From: Squalus acanthias
Taxonomy: Eukaryota
Direction: 5' to 3'
NCBI GenBank assembly: GCA_030390025.1
Contig: CM059432.1
Coordinates: forward strand, 132,992,001-133,056,000
Length of the DNA: 64,000 nt
Shown: piece after piece, positions 36,672-49,550 of the stretch
Layout: every line of letters begins with the position of its first letter
Position numbering within the stretch: the stretch's first letter is position 1
Program-made: the position numbers and the translations under genes
The notes under the pieces: generated by a model
What the model was told of the DNA's origin: nothing
What the model saw: only the letters and a program-made list of their open reading frames with translations
The model's database searches: none

Positions 36672-38579
36672 ATGACTGTTGCAAGAACCAAGGCTTCTCC
36701 CTGATTTGATGATAGCTCCCTCCATGCTCTTGTGGAGGGAGTAAGAGGGCGCAAGGAGGTTCTGTTTCCCTCCAATGGACGTAGGAAGCCCCCTCAGCAA
36801 ACCAAGGCAGCCTGGCTGCAAATTGCTGAGGAGGTTAGCGCCAGGTTTTTGTGCTCACGCACCTGGGTTCAGTGCAGGAAAAGGTTCAATGATTTGCTAC
36901 ACTCAGCAAAAGTGAGTATAACATCACACTTACCTTCAATCTGCTCCCCATCTCCTCTCATCACCAGCACTCTGCATTGTCAACCTACTCCTGCACATCC
37001 CAACTTACCCTTACATCCCTTGCACCCTTAACCATCCCTCTCTCTATGTACAGAATCACTCCACCATTCTACTATGCACCCCTCACACTCGTTCTCACTG
37101 TTATGCACTGATAACAACTAACAATGTACAGGGATGGCCCTTGGTATTGGTACCTCACTCCATCTTTGTCTCCCTCGAAGCATCTATGCTATGGATTCTC
37201 TACACTCACTCCAACATTCTCGCTCAAACTCCACTTGTGTCCCTCATTGCAGGAAAAGAGAGCCCACAATAAGAGGGAGGGGGGAGGATAGGAGGAGGGC
37301 CACCTTCCATGGTGCATTTAACCAACTCTGAGGAGACTGCTATCGAGATCGTCAGAGGTGCAGAGGAGCTGGAAGTGGGGGGTGGAGAGAGGGGAGCAGT
37401 AGAGCAAGCTGGTGACAGAATAGATTTGCAACCCTCTCAGTTAGATTTCATGAGTGACTGATATGGCATCTGATCATACAGATTGAGTCCTGATCATCTG
37501 CACAATGGGATGTGTCTGCTATGTAAATATCACATGTCTAACTCATGCCTTTACTCCCCCACAGTTCCATCGAAAGCCCCCCGCCCCACTGTCCAGGAGG
37601 AAGAGCCGGACGACTCCTCAGTGGAAGCTGCAGCCTCTGAGGGAGCAGCGTCACCAGAACTCAGCGCACCCAGCACCAGCGCAGAGACGCACACCTCGGG
37701 GGTCCTTTGCGAGATAGATTAGTGTTGTCACCTGGTGTATCACAGCTCACAAGTGAGCAGCAGCAGATGGTGGAGACAGGGACAGCAGTGAAGAGTCCTC
37801 GTCGGAGGCCGCTGGATGCTCCTAGCTCTGCTCAACTGCATGTGGATGCTGTGCCTCTGGAGCCATCCAGAAAGAGAGCGGTGCTGGAGCTTCAGGAACA
37901 AGTGCAGGAGGTTCTGACAGGGTTTGCAACCACGGCAACTGCGAATGTGCAGAGAATGGAGGAGTCCATGTCAAACATGAGCAATGCCGTGGTGCACGCA
38001 ATGGCAAATGTAGGTGCCGCCATAGAAAGGATGACAACCTCCATGGAGGACATAAATCGCCAGACACAGCAGAACATGGTAACACTTCTAAATAGATGGT
38101 CATCTATGGAGGATAAATGGGCATCTATTGAGGAGAGACACCAGAGCTTCATGGACATCCTTGTTATGAGGACTGCCAGCACAGAAATGGCTCCTCATGG
38201 CCCCACTGATGTGCAGCAAGGTGCTCTCCAGCTTCTTGCTAGCAGTGAAGTGCAGGTGATCCATGAGAGGGATGTTGGTGGTCAACAACAAGGAAGTGTG
38301 GGCTCCTCTCCAAGCGCTCACACTCCCATGCCACTGCGGAGCCCTCGGTCAGAGCCCCAGATTCCTCAACCAACTGACATTACCGTCTCAGCCCCTGCAC
38401 AGCCACAGGAGGAGCAGACTGTTGCCAAGCCCTCCCAGGCTCCCAAACCCAAAGTACGCTCGCCAAAGGCATCTAAGCAGGCGCAGCAGAGAAGTGAGCA
38501 AGCTGCCTCTACATCTGCTGAAGCCACAGGGGAAGCACCACGTAGAAGTACGTGTAAGAGAAAGTTAACACACAAATAG
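36672..38579 (+). pseudogene. Harbinger Myb/SANT partner gene, exons 36672-36911, 37253-37411, 37565-38579 (~470 aa if repaired)
   Basis: KAAWLQIAEEVSA...RTWVQCRKRFNDL|gtgagt, ttgcag|EKRAHNKRE..GGGPP, cacag|exon 3 ending EATGEAPRRSTCKRK. One TGA in exon 1 and two frameshifts. Confidence 0.88.
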
Positions 38580-38865
38580 TCACAAGAATAGTCACTTGGG
38601 TGTTTTGATATAATACAAAGTGACGTTTCTCATTGTTATTTCAATTGTATTAAAGAAATGCGATGTCAAAGATTCAAAGAGTTCGCCTATGTGTGCTCAG
38701 AAATGGAAGTTGCACAGTGAGGGGTCAGGGCACCTTTCATCTGTAGTGATGGTGGGGAGAGTGATAGGAAAGCACAGTTTATTGTACAGATGCTGTATGG
38801 TGTGTTAAGAAGATCAGCCAGACATTCATTTCCATGTGCCAGTCACATGTGTTTGCTGCGTAAAG

Positions 38866-40115
38866 TTATGCGAATCTGGCATGGATTAGTGTATCCCTTG
38901 CCTCACGGCCAGCAATATGCTCGCGTGCTGGTGGAACTGGCATAGCCACCTCTGCAAGGTCTTCCTCATCTGCTGCCTCCTTCTTCTCCTCCTCCTCCTC
39001 CTCCTCTTCTGAGGAGGCTGTGCGCTGAGCCACTTGTTCCTCAGGCAGCAGTAAGCCACGCTGCTGTGCGATGTTGTGCAGTGCACAGCAGACCACGAAG
39101 ATTCTGGACACCCTGGCTGGTGAGTACTGTAGGGCTCCACCAGATCTGTCGAGGCATCTGAATCACATTTTGAGCAAGCCAATGGTTTGCTCTATGTTGC
39201 TTCTGGTCGAAATGTGGCTCTCTGCCAAAATTGAAACGCTCTTCAGCTTCGTTTGATGGCCTCCTCATCGGTGTCATTAGCCACATCTTCCGGGGATAGC
39301 CCTTGTCTCCAAGGAGCCATCCGGAAAGTTGGGTTGGCAGATTGAACAGCTGAGGACAGTAGACTGCCGCAGGATGAACGAGTCATGGCAACTGCCAGGG
39401 AACTTGGCGCAAACATGCATAATATTCTTCCTATGGTTACACACCAGCTGGACGTTAAGGGTGTAGAAGCCCTTGCGGTTGACAAATACAGCTGGGTTGT
39501 GATGGGGTGCCCTAATGGCCACATGTGTGCAGTCTACGATGCCCTGCACCCTTGGGAAGCCTGCCATATTTGCAAAGCCAACCGCATGCACGGTAACACT
39601 TGCTTCATCCGTGGAGAAGTGGATGTAATTGTGCGACTTGGCAAAGAGGGCCTCGGTAATCTGCGTGATGCAAGTGTGTGTGGCCGACTGGGAAATGCCG
39701 CTGATGTCTGCTGCTGATCCCTGGAAGGACCCTAAAGCAAAGAAGTTGAGTGCAGTGGTAACTTTGACAGCCACTGGTAAGGAGTGTCCACCCACTCCTC
39801 TGGGTTGCAGGTGTTGGTGCAGCATTGTGCAGATGTCAGCGACTACCTCTCACAAAAGTCTCAGCCTCCTTTGGCACTGCTGCTCGCTCATGTTGAGGAA
39901 GCTCCTCCTTTGCCTGTAAACCCTGTGTTGGGGGTATCTCCTGCGGCGCGGTGCAGCCCTGCGCTGACACCCTCTGCCCTGTGCAGCATCAGGTGGCTGA
40001 GGAGAAGGTTGGCGTTCCTGTTGTTGCTGCTGCTGTTGTGCCTCGTTCTGCTTCTGCTGCGGCTGCTCTTCCTCCGATCTGAGGACTAGGACGAGAGGGT
40101 ATAAATGGTTCCCAT
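38866..40115 (-). pseudogene. Harbinger DDE transposase (HARBI1-like family), frameshifted
   Basis: [73 protein letters not shown]-rich N-terminus and E-rich tail. Confidence 0.93.
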
Positions 40116-41157
40116 TCTGCTGGGGAAGAGATGTTATAAGCACTCAGTCAATGTGGGGAGAGGTTATTCCAAGGAGGTCACAGTGCATATGGATTTCAGA
40201 TTTAACACTTACAACCTCAATACACCTGCAAAATGTGTTCCAAAACCTCAAAACAGAAAGTTTTGGCATCTGAAAGCGAACTCATGTTGCAGGTGCAGCT
40301 GTCAACTATTCAGCTAGTTGCTGAACCCGGCACAATCAGCTGGTGTGTTTGTCGCACGACGGGCAACACGCTGAAAATGTTGCAAAATGGGAAGAGCCTG
40401 TAAAAATAGGGTTATCCAGGCAGTTATCAAGCTGCTAACAGCCTTAAGTGGCTCTCCCACCGCTTGGTGTCGGGTCTGATCGGGACTTGCAGACCCGACA
40501 CTTTGTAAAGTTGCGTGGGGGCGGGATGGCGGCGGGTTCGCAACCCACCGTCAATCATTTTGATTTTAACTCCGGACCCACCTCCAAACCTGCCCTCTGA
40601 GCGCCGGCAAAGTCGCGGCCTAAGTATCTGTGTCCGCTACTCATGGAAATGTAACTTTGAAAGGATTTTTATTTTTCTGGCGAGTTTTGAGCTCATCAAG
40701 GTGATGGAATATTTCCCATTCAATACATCACATGTCAGTACCAAGCACTCCCAGGCAAAAAAAACTCGCTGCAGTCTTCTCACAAGAGCAAGCCTACTGC
40801 TCTATTTAGACATTTTCCATTTCCTCCACTAGCCATCCTTGTGGCCTGTCTATATGAGGTGATCAATTTTAGTACCAATTCTGAGGTGAAAGGTCAATGT
40901 ACCAACAAACTTGCACCATCCAATCCCTCAACAAAAATATTTTTTGCTCCTGCAACATCAACATTTTTTTTTAAATGTTCATTTTTGATATTAAATATTA
41001 TTAACAAATATATTCTTTGAGAAAACAAAGAATTTATGAACTGGTTATTTTGGTGGGTGTGTAGATGTGACTGCAAAAATATTGCAAAAATATTGCTGGC
41101 ATTGCCACTGACTGGCATGATAGGCAAACTCACAGTCCTGAGCAATTATATATAACA

Positions 41158-41770
41158 AGGCTCAGTGGTCGCACTCTCGGATCTGAGTCAGAAGATTGTG
41201 GCTTCCAAGTCCCACCCCAAAGACTTGAGTTACATAATCCAGGTTGACACTCCCAGCGCAGTACTGAGGGAGTGCTGCCCTGTCGGAGGTGCCGTCTTTC
41301 AGATAAGACGTTAAACCGAGGCCCTTTCTGCCCTCTCAGGTGGACGTAAAAGATTCCATGGCACTATCTTGAAGAAGAGCAGGGGAGACCTCCCCGGTGT
41401 CGTAGCCAACATTTATCCCTCAACCAACATCACTAAAACAGATCATTATCACTGTTTGTGGGACCTTGCTGTGCGCAAATTAACTGGTGCGTTTCCTACA
41501 TTACAACAATGACTACACTTCAAAACATAATTCATTCAATGTAAAGTTTTTTGGGACATCCTGAGGTCAAGGTTCCCTGTAATTTTTATTTTCTTGCACA
41601 GTCCCTTTAAGTGGCTGTGCAGCCCATTCAAATTTTCGCACATATGCAGTTTCTTTCATGTAAAGGCCGGTGAGCAGCCTGCGCTTGACCTCCAGACCGG
41701 CGCACGACCTCGCGGCTTAGCGGGAAACGTTGCCTGAGGTTGCGAAAGGTGCTAGTTCGTTCTTTCTTTA
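41158..41770 (+). mobile_element. Deu-domain SINE with a nested hAT MITE
   Basis: ggctcagtgg A box, Deu core, and a tail resuming after 41740. Confidence 0.85.
41568..41732. mobile_element. hAT MITE (165 bp)
   Basis: Perfect 8-bp TSD CCTGAGGT. TIR caaggttccctgtaa / ttagcgggaaacgttg. Confidence 0.88.
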
Positions 41771-42344
41771 ACGCGGTCTTCAATTTGAAAATGCTGCGAG
41801 TGCATCTGAAAATCACGACAAACAGCAGGGTTGGTCAATGTTGCAACAGGTACAGCCGCAATCTTTTGAGGCTCCGCCAGCTGTGCAGGGCTTCACGCAA
41901 CGTGGGCACCCGATTCTCAGCAGGCCGGATCGGGCGGTTTGTGATTGCAAGTGAGGTCGACTTCTGACGTAAGCACAGGCCTTACATAAATATTTAAACT
42001 GGGGGAACACGGGTCCCCTGCAGAATTTCACGAGTTCGGGCAAGACTTTGCCCACAGTGTTGGTCTTACCGATAAAAACTGAGCACATGAAGTGTTGAGC
42101 ATGCAAGTGTGTTCAGTAGGGCCTCTTAAAGTTAGTTTTTAGTTGTCAGGGCTGCATTTTCAACGTCTTTTATTTTTGTTGCCTAGGAGCATTTTGCAGG
42201 TTGTGCATTGATCATTTTGAAAAGATTTTCTTGGTTCCCTGGTGCTGTCATTTTGTACAATCATTACTTTTTTTCTGTGCTACACTTTCATTTAAAGTGA
42301 CAAATAGATGAAGCAATGCAAGTAGCACCGAAGAAGGTTAGGAC

Positions 42345-43272
42345 AGACTCGACTATTCCAACGCTCTCCTGGCCGACTTCCCACCTTCCACCCTCTGTAA
42401 ACTTGAGCTCATCCAAAACTCTACTGCCCGTATCCTAACTCGCACCAAGCCCCGTTCACCCATCACCCCTGTGTTCACCCGTCACCCCTGCATTGGCTCC
42501 TGGGGTCCAACACCTCAATTTTAAAATTGTCATCTTTGTATTCAAATCCATCCATGGCCTCGCCCCTCTCCCTATCTCTAACTCTGTGTTCCTCCAATTC
42601 TAGCCTCGAGCGCATCTGCGATTTTAATCGTCACACTATTGGTGGCCATGCATTCAGCTGCCTAGGCTCTGGAATTCCCTCCCTAAATCTCTCCGCCTCT
42701 CTACATCTCTCTTCTCTTTCAAGACGCTCCTTAATCTCACTCCGGGACTTGAGCACATAAATCTAGGCTTATACTCCAGTGCAGTGCTGAGGGAGTGCTG
42801 CACTGTCGGAGGTGCCGTCTTTCAGATGAGACGTTAAACTGAGGCCCCATCTGCTCTCTCAAGTGGCACTATTTCGAAGAAGAGCAGGGGAGTTATCCCC
42901 GGTGTCCTGGCCAATATTTATCCCTCAACCAACATAACAAAAACAGATTATCTGGTCATTTTCACATTGCTGTTTGTGGGACCTTGCTGTGTGCAAACTG
43001 GCTGCTGCGTTTCCCACATTACAACAGTGACTACACTTCAAAAATACTTCATTGGCTGTAAAGTGATTTGAGACGTCCGGTGGTCGTGAAAGGCGCTATA
43101 TAAATGCAAGTCTTTCTTTCTTTAAAACATACCTCTTTGGCCAAGCTTTTGGTCACCTGTCCTAATATCACTTTATGTGGCTCGGTGTCAAGTTTTGTCT
43201 AATTACACTTTTGGAAGCGCCTTGGGACATTTTTACTACGTTAAAGATGCTATATAAATGCAAGTTGTTGTT
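42345..43272 (+). mobile_element. L2 3' fragment with a nested Deu-SINE (~42735-43123)
   Basis: RLDYSNALLA..KLELIQNSTARILT..PITPV..LHWL, ending in a (TTG) tail. Confidence 0.85.
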
Positions 43273-43399
43273 GGCAATGGATCTCGTGTACTGTTGTATG
43301 ATCTAGATGGGGGTGGGACACACACATAATCTGTTAGTTTGAAGACACCTCATCCACTGCTCCAAGACCACACCATCCCTAACCTGGGCCTGTCAGAGG

Positions 43400-44330
43400 A
43401 GACCTGTCTTTGGCACCTTGGTTTCACTGCAGAGGCAGTGACGGTGCTGTGTCATCTGCTGCAGGTTTATTGAAGAGGCGAGATGAGGGGGAATTGAAGG
43501 AGAAGGGGACAGATCAGTCGCTAGTAGCATGAGTTTGGGATAGGATAGAAGGAGAATGCTAGCATTAATTGAGGAGGAGTGGGAAGCATGAATAGACTGC
43601 CGGGGTGGGGGGAAACTAGGTGTCATCCTAAATTTGGGGGGGGAGCGTTGGGGGGAGAAAGTGCCAGCGTGAATCACCGGGTAGAAGTGAGTGCCAGCTT
43701 GAACTGGTTTGGAGGGGAAGAAGAATGCCAACTGAATTGAGGGGGAAGAAGGAGAAGAATGCAAGTCTGTACTGGAATGGTTGGAGAAGGATAAATTATC
43801 TCTGTGAAAGGTTGGGGAGTTGGATGAGTTGCAGTGTCTTTCTAAACTGAGCCTGGAGGGGGTAGCATTCCTCTGTGAAATGGAATGGAAGGGTTGAGTA
43901 TGGGAATGTGACATTTGTGGCAATGATGGTCTGGTTGACCTGTTGAAATCCAAATATCATGTTGGGGCAGATTTTCAAGTACAGCGCACATCGGGCGGGT
44001 GGTGGGCAGATTGGGCGCATCGGCCATCTGATGGCTCTAGCGAGAGCCCCCAACCATTTCAATGATCGGACTTCATTTCTATTTGTCCAGTGAACAAAAG
44101 AGCTCACCGAACTGGGGGGTGGGGGGTGGGGGGGCGCTGGGGGTTAAATTGGAAGACTCCTCTGTACAGTTGAGCCAGAAGTTAAACCTTAAAGGGGGGA
44201 AGGCAAACCGGGGAAAGTGGATGCGGGGGTGGGGGGGGGGGGGAGGCGGCACTGAGTGGCTGGCAATTTGTGGGAAGATTCTGTGGGGCCAGGAGGGGCA
44301 TATCAAAGATTAGTTGCCCTATAATCGGAG
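43400..44330 (-). mobile_element. probable decayed L1-clade ORF2 C-terminal fragment
   Basis: Patches PRIH, FAFPPLRFNFW, AQFRK, THFY and HSSSINA occur in the order expected for fish L1 (PRI..LALPNFQFYYW..QFRKHF..THFFRY..HSSSICAR). Confidence 0.4.
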
Positions 44331-44819
44331 CGGCCTGCAGCGGTCATGGCTGAACTTCTACCTCAACTCCACTTTCCCACCCTATCCCCATATTGCTTGA
44401 TTCCCTTAGTGCCCAAAAAATCTATCAATCTCAGTCTTGAATATACTCATCGACTGAGCATCCACAGCCCTCTGGGATAAAGAATTCCAAAGATTCACAA
44501 CCCTCTGAGTGATGAAATTTCTTCTCATCTCAGTCCTAAATGGCTGACCCCTTATCCTGAGACTGTGCCCCCTAGTTCTAGACTCTCCAGCCAGGGGAAA
44601 CAACCTCTCAGCATCTACCCTGTCAAGCCCTCTAAGAATTTTATACGTTTCAATTAGATCACCCCTCATTATTCTAAACTCCAGAGAACATAGAATCACA
44701 GAATGGTTACAGCACAGAAGGAGGCCATTTGGCCCGTCGAGCCCATGCCGGCTCTCTGCAAGAGCACTTCAGCTAGTCCCACTCCCCCGCCCTTTCCCCG
44801 TAGCTCTGCAAATTTCTTT

Positions 44820-47530
44820 CCTTCAGGTACTTATCCAACTCCCTTTTGAAAGCCACAATTGAATCTGCCTCCACCACCCCTTCAGGCAGTGAATTCCAGA
44901 TCCTAACCACTCACTGCGTAAAAAAGTTTTTCCTCATGTCACCTTTGGTTCTTCTGCCAATCACCTTTAATCTGTGCCCTCTGGTTCTCGACCCTTCTGC
45001 CAATGGGAGCAGTTTCTCTCTAACTACTCTGTCTAGACCCCTCATGATTTTGAACACCTCTATCATATCTCCTCTCAATCTTCTCTGCTCTAAGGAGAAC
45101 AACCCCAGCTTCTCCAGTCTATCCACGTAACTGAAGTCCCTCATCCCTGGAACCATTCTTGTAAATCTATTCAGCACCCTCTCTAAAGCCTTCACGTCCT
45201 TCCTAAAATGCGGTGACCAGAATTGAATACTCCAATTGAGGCCGAACCAGTGTTTTATAAAGGTTCATCATAACTACCTTGCTTTTGTACTCTATGCCTC
45301 TATTTATGAAGCCCAGGATCCCGTATGCTTTTTTAACCGCTTTCTCAACCTGCCCTGCCAACTTCAACGATTTGTACACATATAGCCCCAGGTCTCTCTG
45401 TTCCTGCACCCACTTTAGAATTATACCCTTTAGTTTATATTGCCTCTCCTCGTTCTTCCTACCGAAATGTATCACTTTGCACTTTTCTATGTTAAATTTC
45501 ATCTGCCACGTGTCCGCCCATTCCAGCAGCCTGTCTATGTCCTCTTGAGTCCATCACTATCCTCCTCACTGTTCACTATACTTCCAAGTTCTGTGTCAAC
45601 TGCAAATTTTGAAATTCTTCCCTTTACACCCAAGTCTAATTCATTAATATATATCAAGAAAAGCAGTGGTCCTCGTACCGACCCCTGGGAAACACCACTG
45701 TATACCTTCCTCCAGCCTGAAAAACAACCGTTCACCACTACTGTCTGTTTCGTGTCACTTAGCCAATTTTGTATCCATGCTGCCACTGTCCCTTTTATTC
45801 CATGGACTTCAACTTTGCTGGCAAGCCTATTATGTGGCACACTATCAAACGCCTTTTGGAAGTCCATGTACACCACCTCAATCGCATTGCCCTCATCAAC
45901 CCTCTCTGTTACCTCATCAAAAAACTCAATCAAGTTAGTTAAACACGATTTGCCCTTAACAAATCCGTGCTGGCGTTCCATAATTAATCTATACTTGTCC
46001 AAGTGACTGTTAATTTTGTCCCTGATTATCATTTCTAAAAGCTTCCCCACTACTGAGGTTAGACCGACTGGCCTGTAGCTGCTGGGTTTATCCTTACACC
46101 CTTTTTTGAACAAGGGTGTAACATTTGCATTTCTCCAGTCCTCTGGCACCAGCCCCTTATCCAAGGAGGATTGGAAGATTATGGCCAGTACCTCCGCAAT
46201 TTCCACCTTTACTTCCCTTGGCAGCCAAGGATGCATCCTATCCGGTCCTGGTGACTTATCTACTTTAAGTACAGCCAGCCTTTCGAGTACCTCCTTCTTA
46301 TCAATTTTTAGCCCATCCATTATCTCAAGTTCCTCCTCTTTCACTATGATAGATGCAAAGTACTCATTTAGTACCTCAGCCATGCCTTCTGCCTCCATGC
46401 GTAGGTCTCCATTTTGGTCCCTAATCAGCCCCACCCCTCCTCTTACTACCGTTTACTATTTATATGCCTATAGAAGACTTTTGGATTCCCTTTTATGTTA
46501 GCTGCTAATCTATTCTCATACTCTCTCTTTGCCCGTCTTATTTCCTTTTTCACTTCCCCTCTGAACTTTCTATATTCAGCCTGGTTCTCACTTGTATTCT
46601 CAACCTGACGTCTGTCATACGCCCCCTTTTTCTGCTTCATCTTACTCTCTATTTCTTTTGTCATCCAGGGAGCTCTGGCTTTGGTTGCCCTACCTTTCCC
46701 CCTCGTGGGAATGTACCGCGACTGTACGCGAACCATCTCCTCTTTAAAGGCAACCCATTGCTCGATTACAGTTTTGCCTGCCAATCTTTGACTCCAATTT
46801 ACCCAGGCAAATCCCTTCTCAACCCACTGAAATTGGCCTTCCTCCAATTAAGTATTTTTACTCTAGATTGCTCCCTGTCCTTTTCCATAGCTAGTCTAAA
46901 CCTTATGATACTATGATCACTGTTCCCTAAATGTTCCCCTACTGACACTTGCTCTACTTGACCCACCTCATTCCCCAGAACCAGATCCAGCAATGCCTCC
47001 TTCCTCATTGGGCCGCAAACATACTGACCAAGAAAGTTCTCCTGAACACACTTCAGAAATTCATCCCCCTCTCTGCCCTTTACACTATTACTATCCCAGT
47101 CTATATTAGGATAGTTGAAGTACCCCATTATCACTACTCTATAGTTCTTGCACCTCTCTGTAATTTCCCTGCAAATTTGCTCCTCTATATCCTTCCCACT
47201 AGTCGGCGGCCTATAGAATACACCTAGTAGTGTAATGACACCTCTATTGTTTCTCAACTCTAACCAAATAGATTCTGTCCTTGGCCCTTCCAGGACATCC
47301 TTTCTCTCCAGCACTGTAATGTTCTCCTTAATCAATACTGCCATGTCCCCCGCCCGTTTCTTTTCTTCCATATCTTTCCTGAACACTTTATATCCAGGAA
47401 TATTTAGTACCCAATTCTGCCCTTTTTTGAGCCAGGTCTCCGTTATCACCACAACATCATATTCCCATGTGTCTATTTGCACCTGCAGCTCACCAAACTT
47501 AATTACCATGCTTTGTGCATTCACACACAT
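44820..47530 (-). pseudogene. CR1 ORF2 (endonuclease-reverse transcriptase), frameshifted
   Basis: ORFs 46799-47530, 46446-46847, 45535-46434, 45203-45502 and 44911-45195 are colinear pieces of one ORF2. Confidence 0.9.
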
Positions 47531-47561
47531 GCACTGTAAACCTATCTTAGACCTTCTTGTA

Positions 47562-48632
47562 TAATTTCTTACTTTTTTTTATTTGTTTATGGATGTGGTC
47601 ATCGCTGGCAAGACCAGCATTTATTGCCCATCCCTAATTGGTGGTGAGCTGCCATCTTGAACCGCTGCAGTCCGTGTGGTGAAGGTACTCCCACAGTGCT
47701 GTTAGGTCGGGAGTTCCAGGATTTTGACCCAGCGATGATGAAGGATCGGCGATATACTCCTAATTCAGGATGGTGTGTGACTTGGAGGGGAAATTGGAGG
47801 TGGTGGTGTTCCCACATGCCTGCTGCCCTTGTCCTTCTAGGTGGAAGAGGTCGCAGGTTTAGGAGGTGCTGCCGAAGAAGCCTTGGCGAGTTGCTGCAGT
47901 GCATCTTGTAGATGGTACACACTGCAGCCACGGTACGCCGGTGGTGTAGGGAGTGAATGTTTACGGTGATGGATGGGGTGTCAATCAAGCGAGCTTCTTG
48001 AGTGTTGTTGCAGCTGCACTCATCCAGGCAAGTGGAGAGTATTCCATCACACTCCTTACTTGTGCCTTGTAGATGGTGGAAAGGCTTTGGGGAGTCAGGA
48101 GGTGAGACACTCGCCGCAGAATACCTAGCCTCTGGCCTGCTCTTGTTGCCACAGTATTTATGTGGCTGGTCCAGTTAAGTTTGTGGTCAATGGTGACCCC
48201 CAGCATGTTGATGGTGGGGGATTCAGCAATGATAATGCTGTTGAATGTCAAGGGGTGGTGGTTGGACCCTCGCTTGTTGGAGATAGTCATTGCCTGGCAC
48301 TTCTGTGGCGCGAATGTTACCTGCCACTTATCAGCCCAAGCCTGAACATCCAGATTTTGCTACATTCGGGCATGGACTGCTTCATTCTCTGAGGTGTTGT
48401 GAATGGCAGTGAACACTGCAGTCATCAGCGAACATCCCCATTTCTGACCTTATGTTGGAGGGAAGGTGATTGATGAAGCAGTTGAAGATGGTTGGGCCTA
48501 GAACACTGCCCTGAGGAACTCCTGCAGTGGTGTCCTGGGGCTGTGATGATTGACCTTCAACCACCACAACCATCTTCCTTTGTGCTAGGTATGACTCCAG
48601 CCAGTGGAGCGTTTTCCCCTGATTCCCATTGA
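47562..48632 (-). mobile_element. 5'-truncated CR1-clade family B LINE inserted between ORF1 and ORF2 of the CR1
   Basis: Reverse complement of ~1280-2380 at high similarity. Confidence 0.92.
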
Positions 48633-48721
48633 CTCTCTATTGCTATCTTTCTCTCCCAATCCTTTGTGCACCTTGTTTCTCCTATCTAATGCTACATCCT
48701 GGTTCCCATCCCCCTGCCAAA

Positions 48722-49440
48722 TTAGTTTAAACCCTCCCCAACAGCACTAGCAAATCCCCCCGTGAGGACATTGGTCCCAGCTCTGTTGAGGAGCAACCCA
48801 TCCAGTTCCCTAAAATCTGCCTGCAGGACCTCATTCCTCTTTCTACCTATGTTATTGATACCGATATGGACCACGACCTCTGGCTGTTCACCCTCTCCCC
48901 TCAGAATGTTCTGCAGCCACTCAGTGACTTCCTTGAACCTGGCACCAGGGAGGCAACATACCATCCTGGAATCACATCTGCAGCCACAGAAACATCTGTC
49001 TGCTCCCCTAACTATCGAATCGCCTATCACTATTGCTTTCCCGATCTTCCTCCTCCTCCCTCCCACCCCGTCCCCCCGCCCCCGTACAGCTGAGCCACCT
49101 GTGGTGCCATGGATTTGGCTCTGGCTGTACTCCCCAGAGGAACCATTGCCCTCACCATACTGGTTGGAGAGCGAGATGCATTCTGGGGACTCCTGCACTA
49201 CCTGCCTGGTCCTCCTTGTCTCTCTGCCTGCACACTCTTGCACTGCGGGGTGACCAGCTCCTGAAACGTGCTATCCACATAGCTCTCCGCTTCTCGGATG
49301 CACCACAATGACGCCAGCTGCTGCTCAATCTCCGAAATCTGGAGCTTGAGCTCCTTCAACTGACAACACTTCCTGCACATGTGGTTGTCCAGGACATGGG
49401 AAGTGTGTGCATTCCACGGGACCGAGGTGCCCTCCCATGC
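48722..49440 (-). pseudogene. CR1 ORF1 (zinc finger plus SGNH esterase), internally deleted
   Basis: ORFs 49198-49380 and 48722-49243, ending DGLLLNRAGTNVL..GEGLN*. Confidence 0.85.
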
Positions 49441-49510
49441 CTCTACTTAATAGACTATTAAATAACTTAACAGAAATAAATTTAAGACTTAAAAAAAAAT
49501 CACCAACTAC

Positions 49511-49550
49511 TCACCAATCAGCTCCTTCCCTTGCGCTGACGTCACTTACC
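49511..49550 (-). promoter_or_regulatory. candidate internal promoter motifs in the CR1 5' UTR (CCAAT box and CRE)
   Basis: ccaatca at 49514 and palindromic TGACGTCA at 49537-49544, just upstream of ORF1. Motif match only. Confidence 0.4.

Larger units (their letters stand above)
36416..40620. mobile_element. full-length (inactive) PIF/Harbinger transposon
   Basis: TAA TSD at 36413-36415 and 40621-40623. Imperfect TIR ggctggattttgc / gcaaagtcgcggcc. Convergent Myb and transposase genes. Confidence 0.92.

Noticed and set aside
21737..40115. Host HARBI1 or NAIF1 genes
   Set aside because: The best-preserved copies lie between TIRs with TSDs, and all are disrupted, so they are transposon genes rather than domesticated loci.
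44110..44250. G-runs able to form G-quadruplexes (similar C-runs at ~51510-51560)
   Set aside because: Homopolymer expansions within decayed repeats, with no sign of function.
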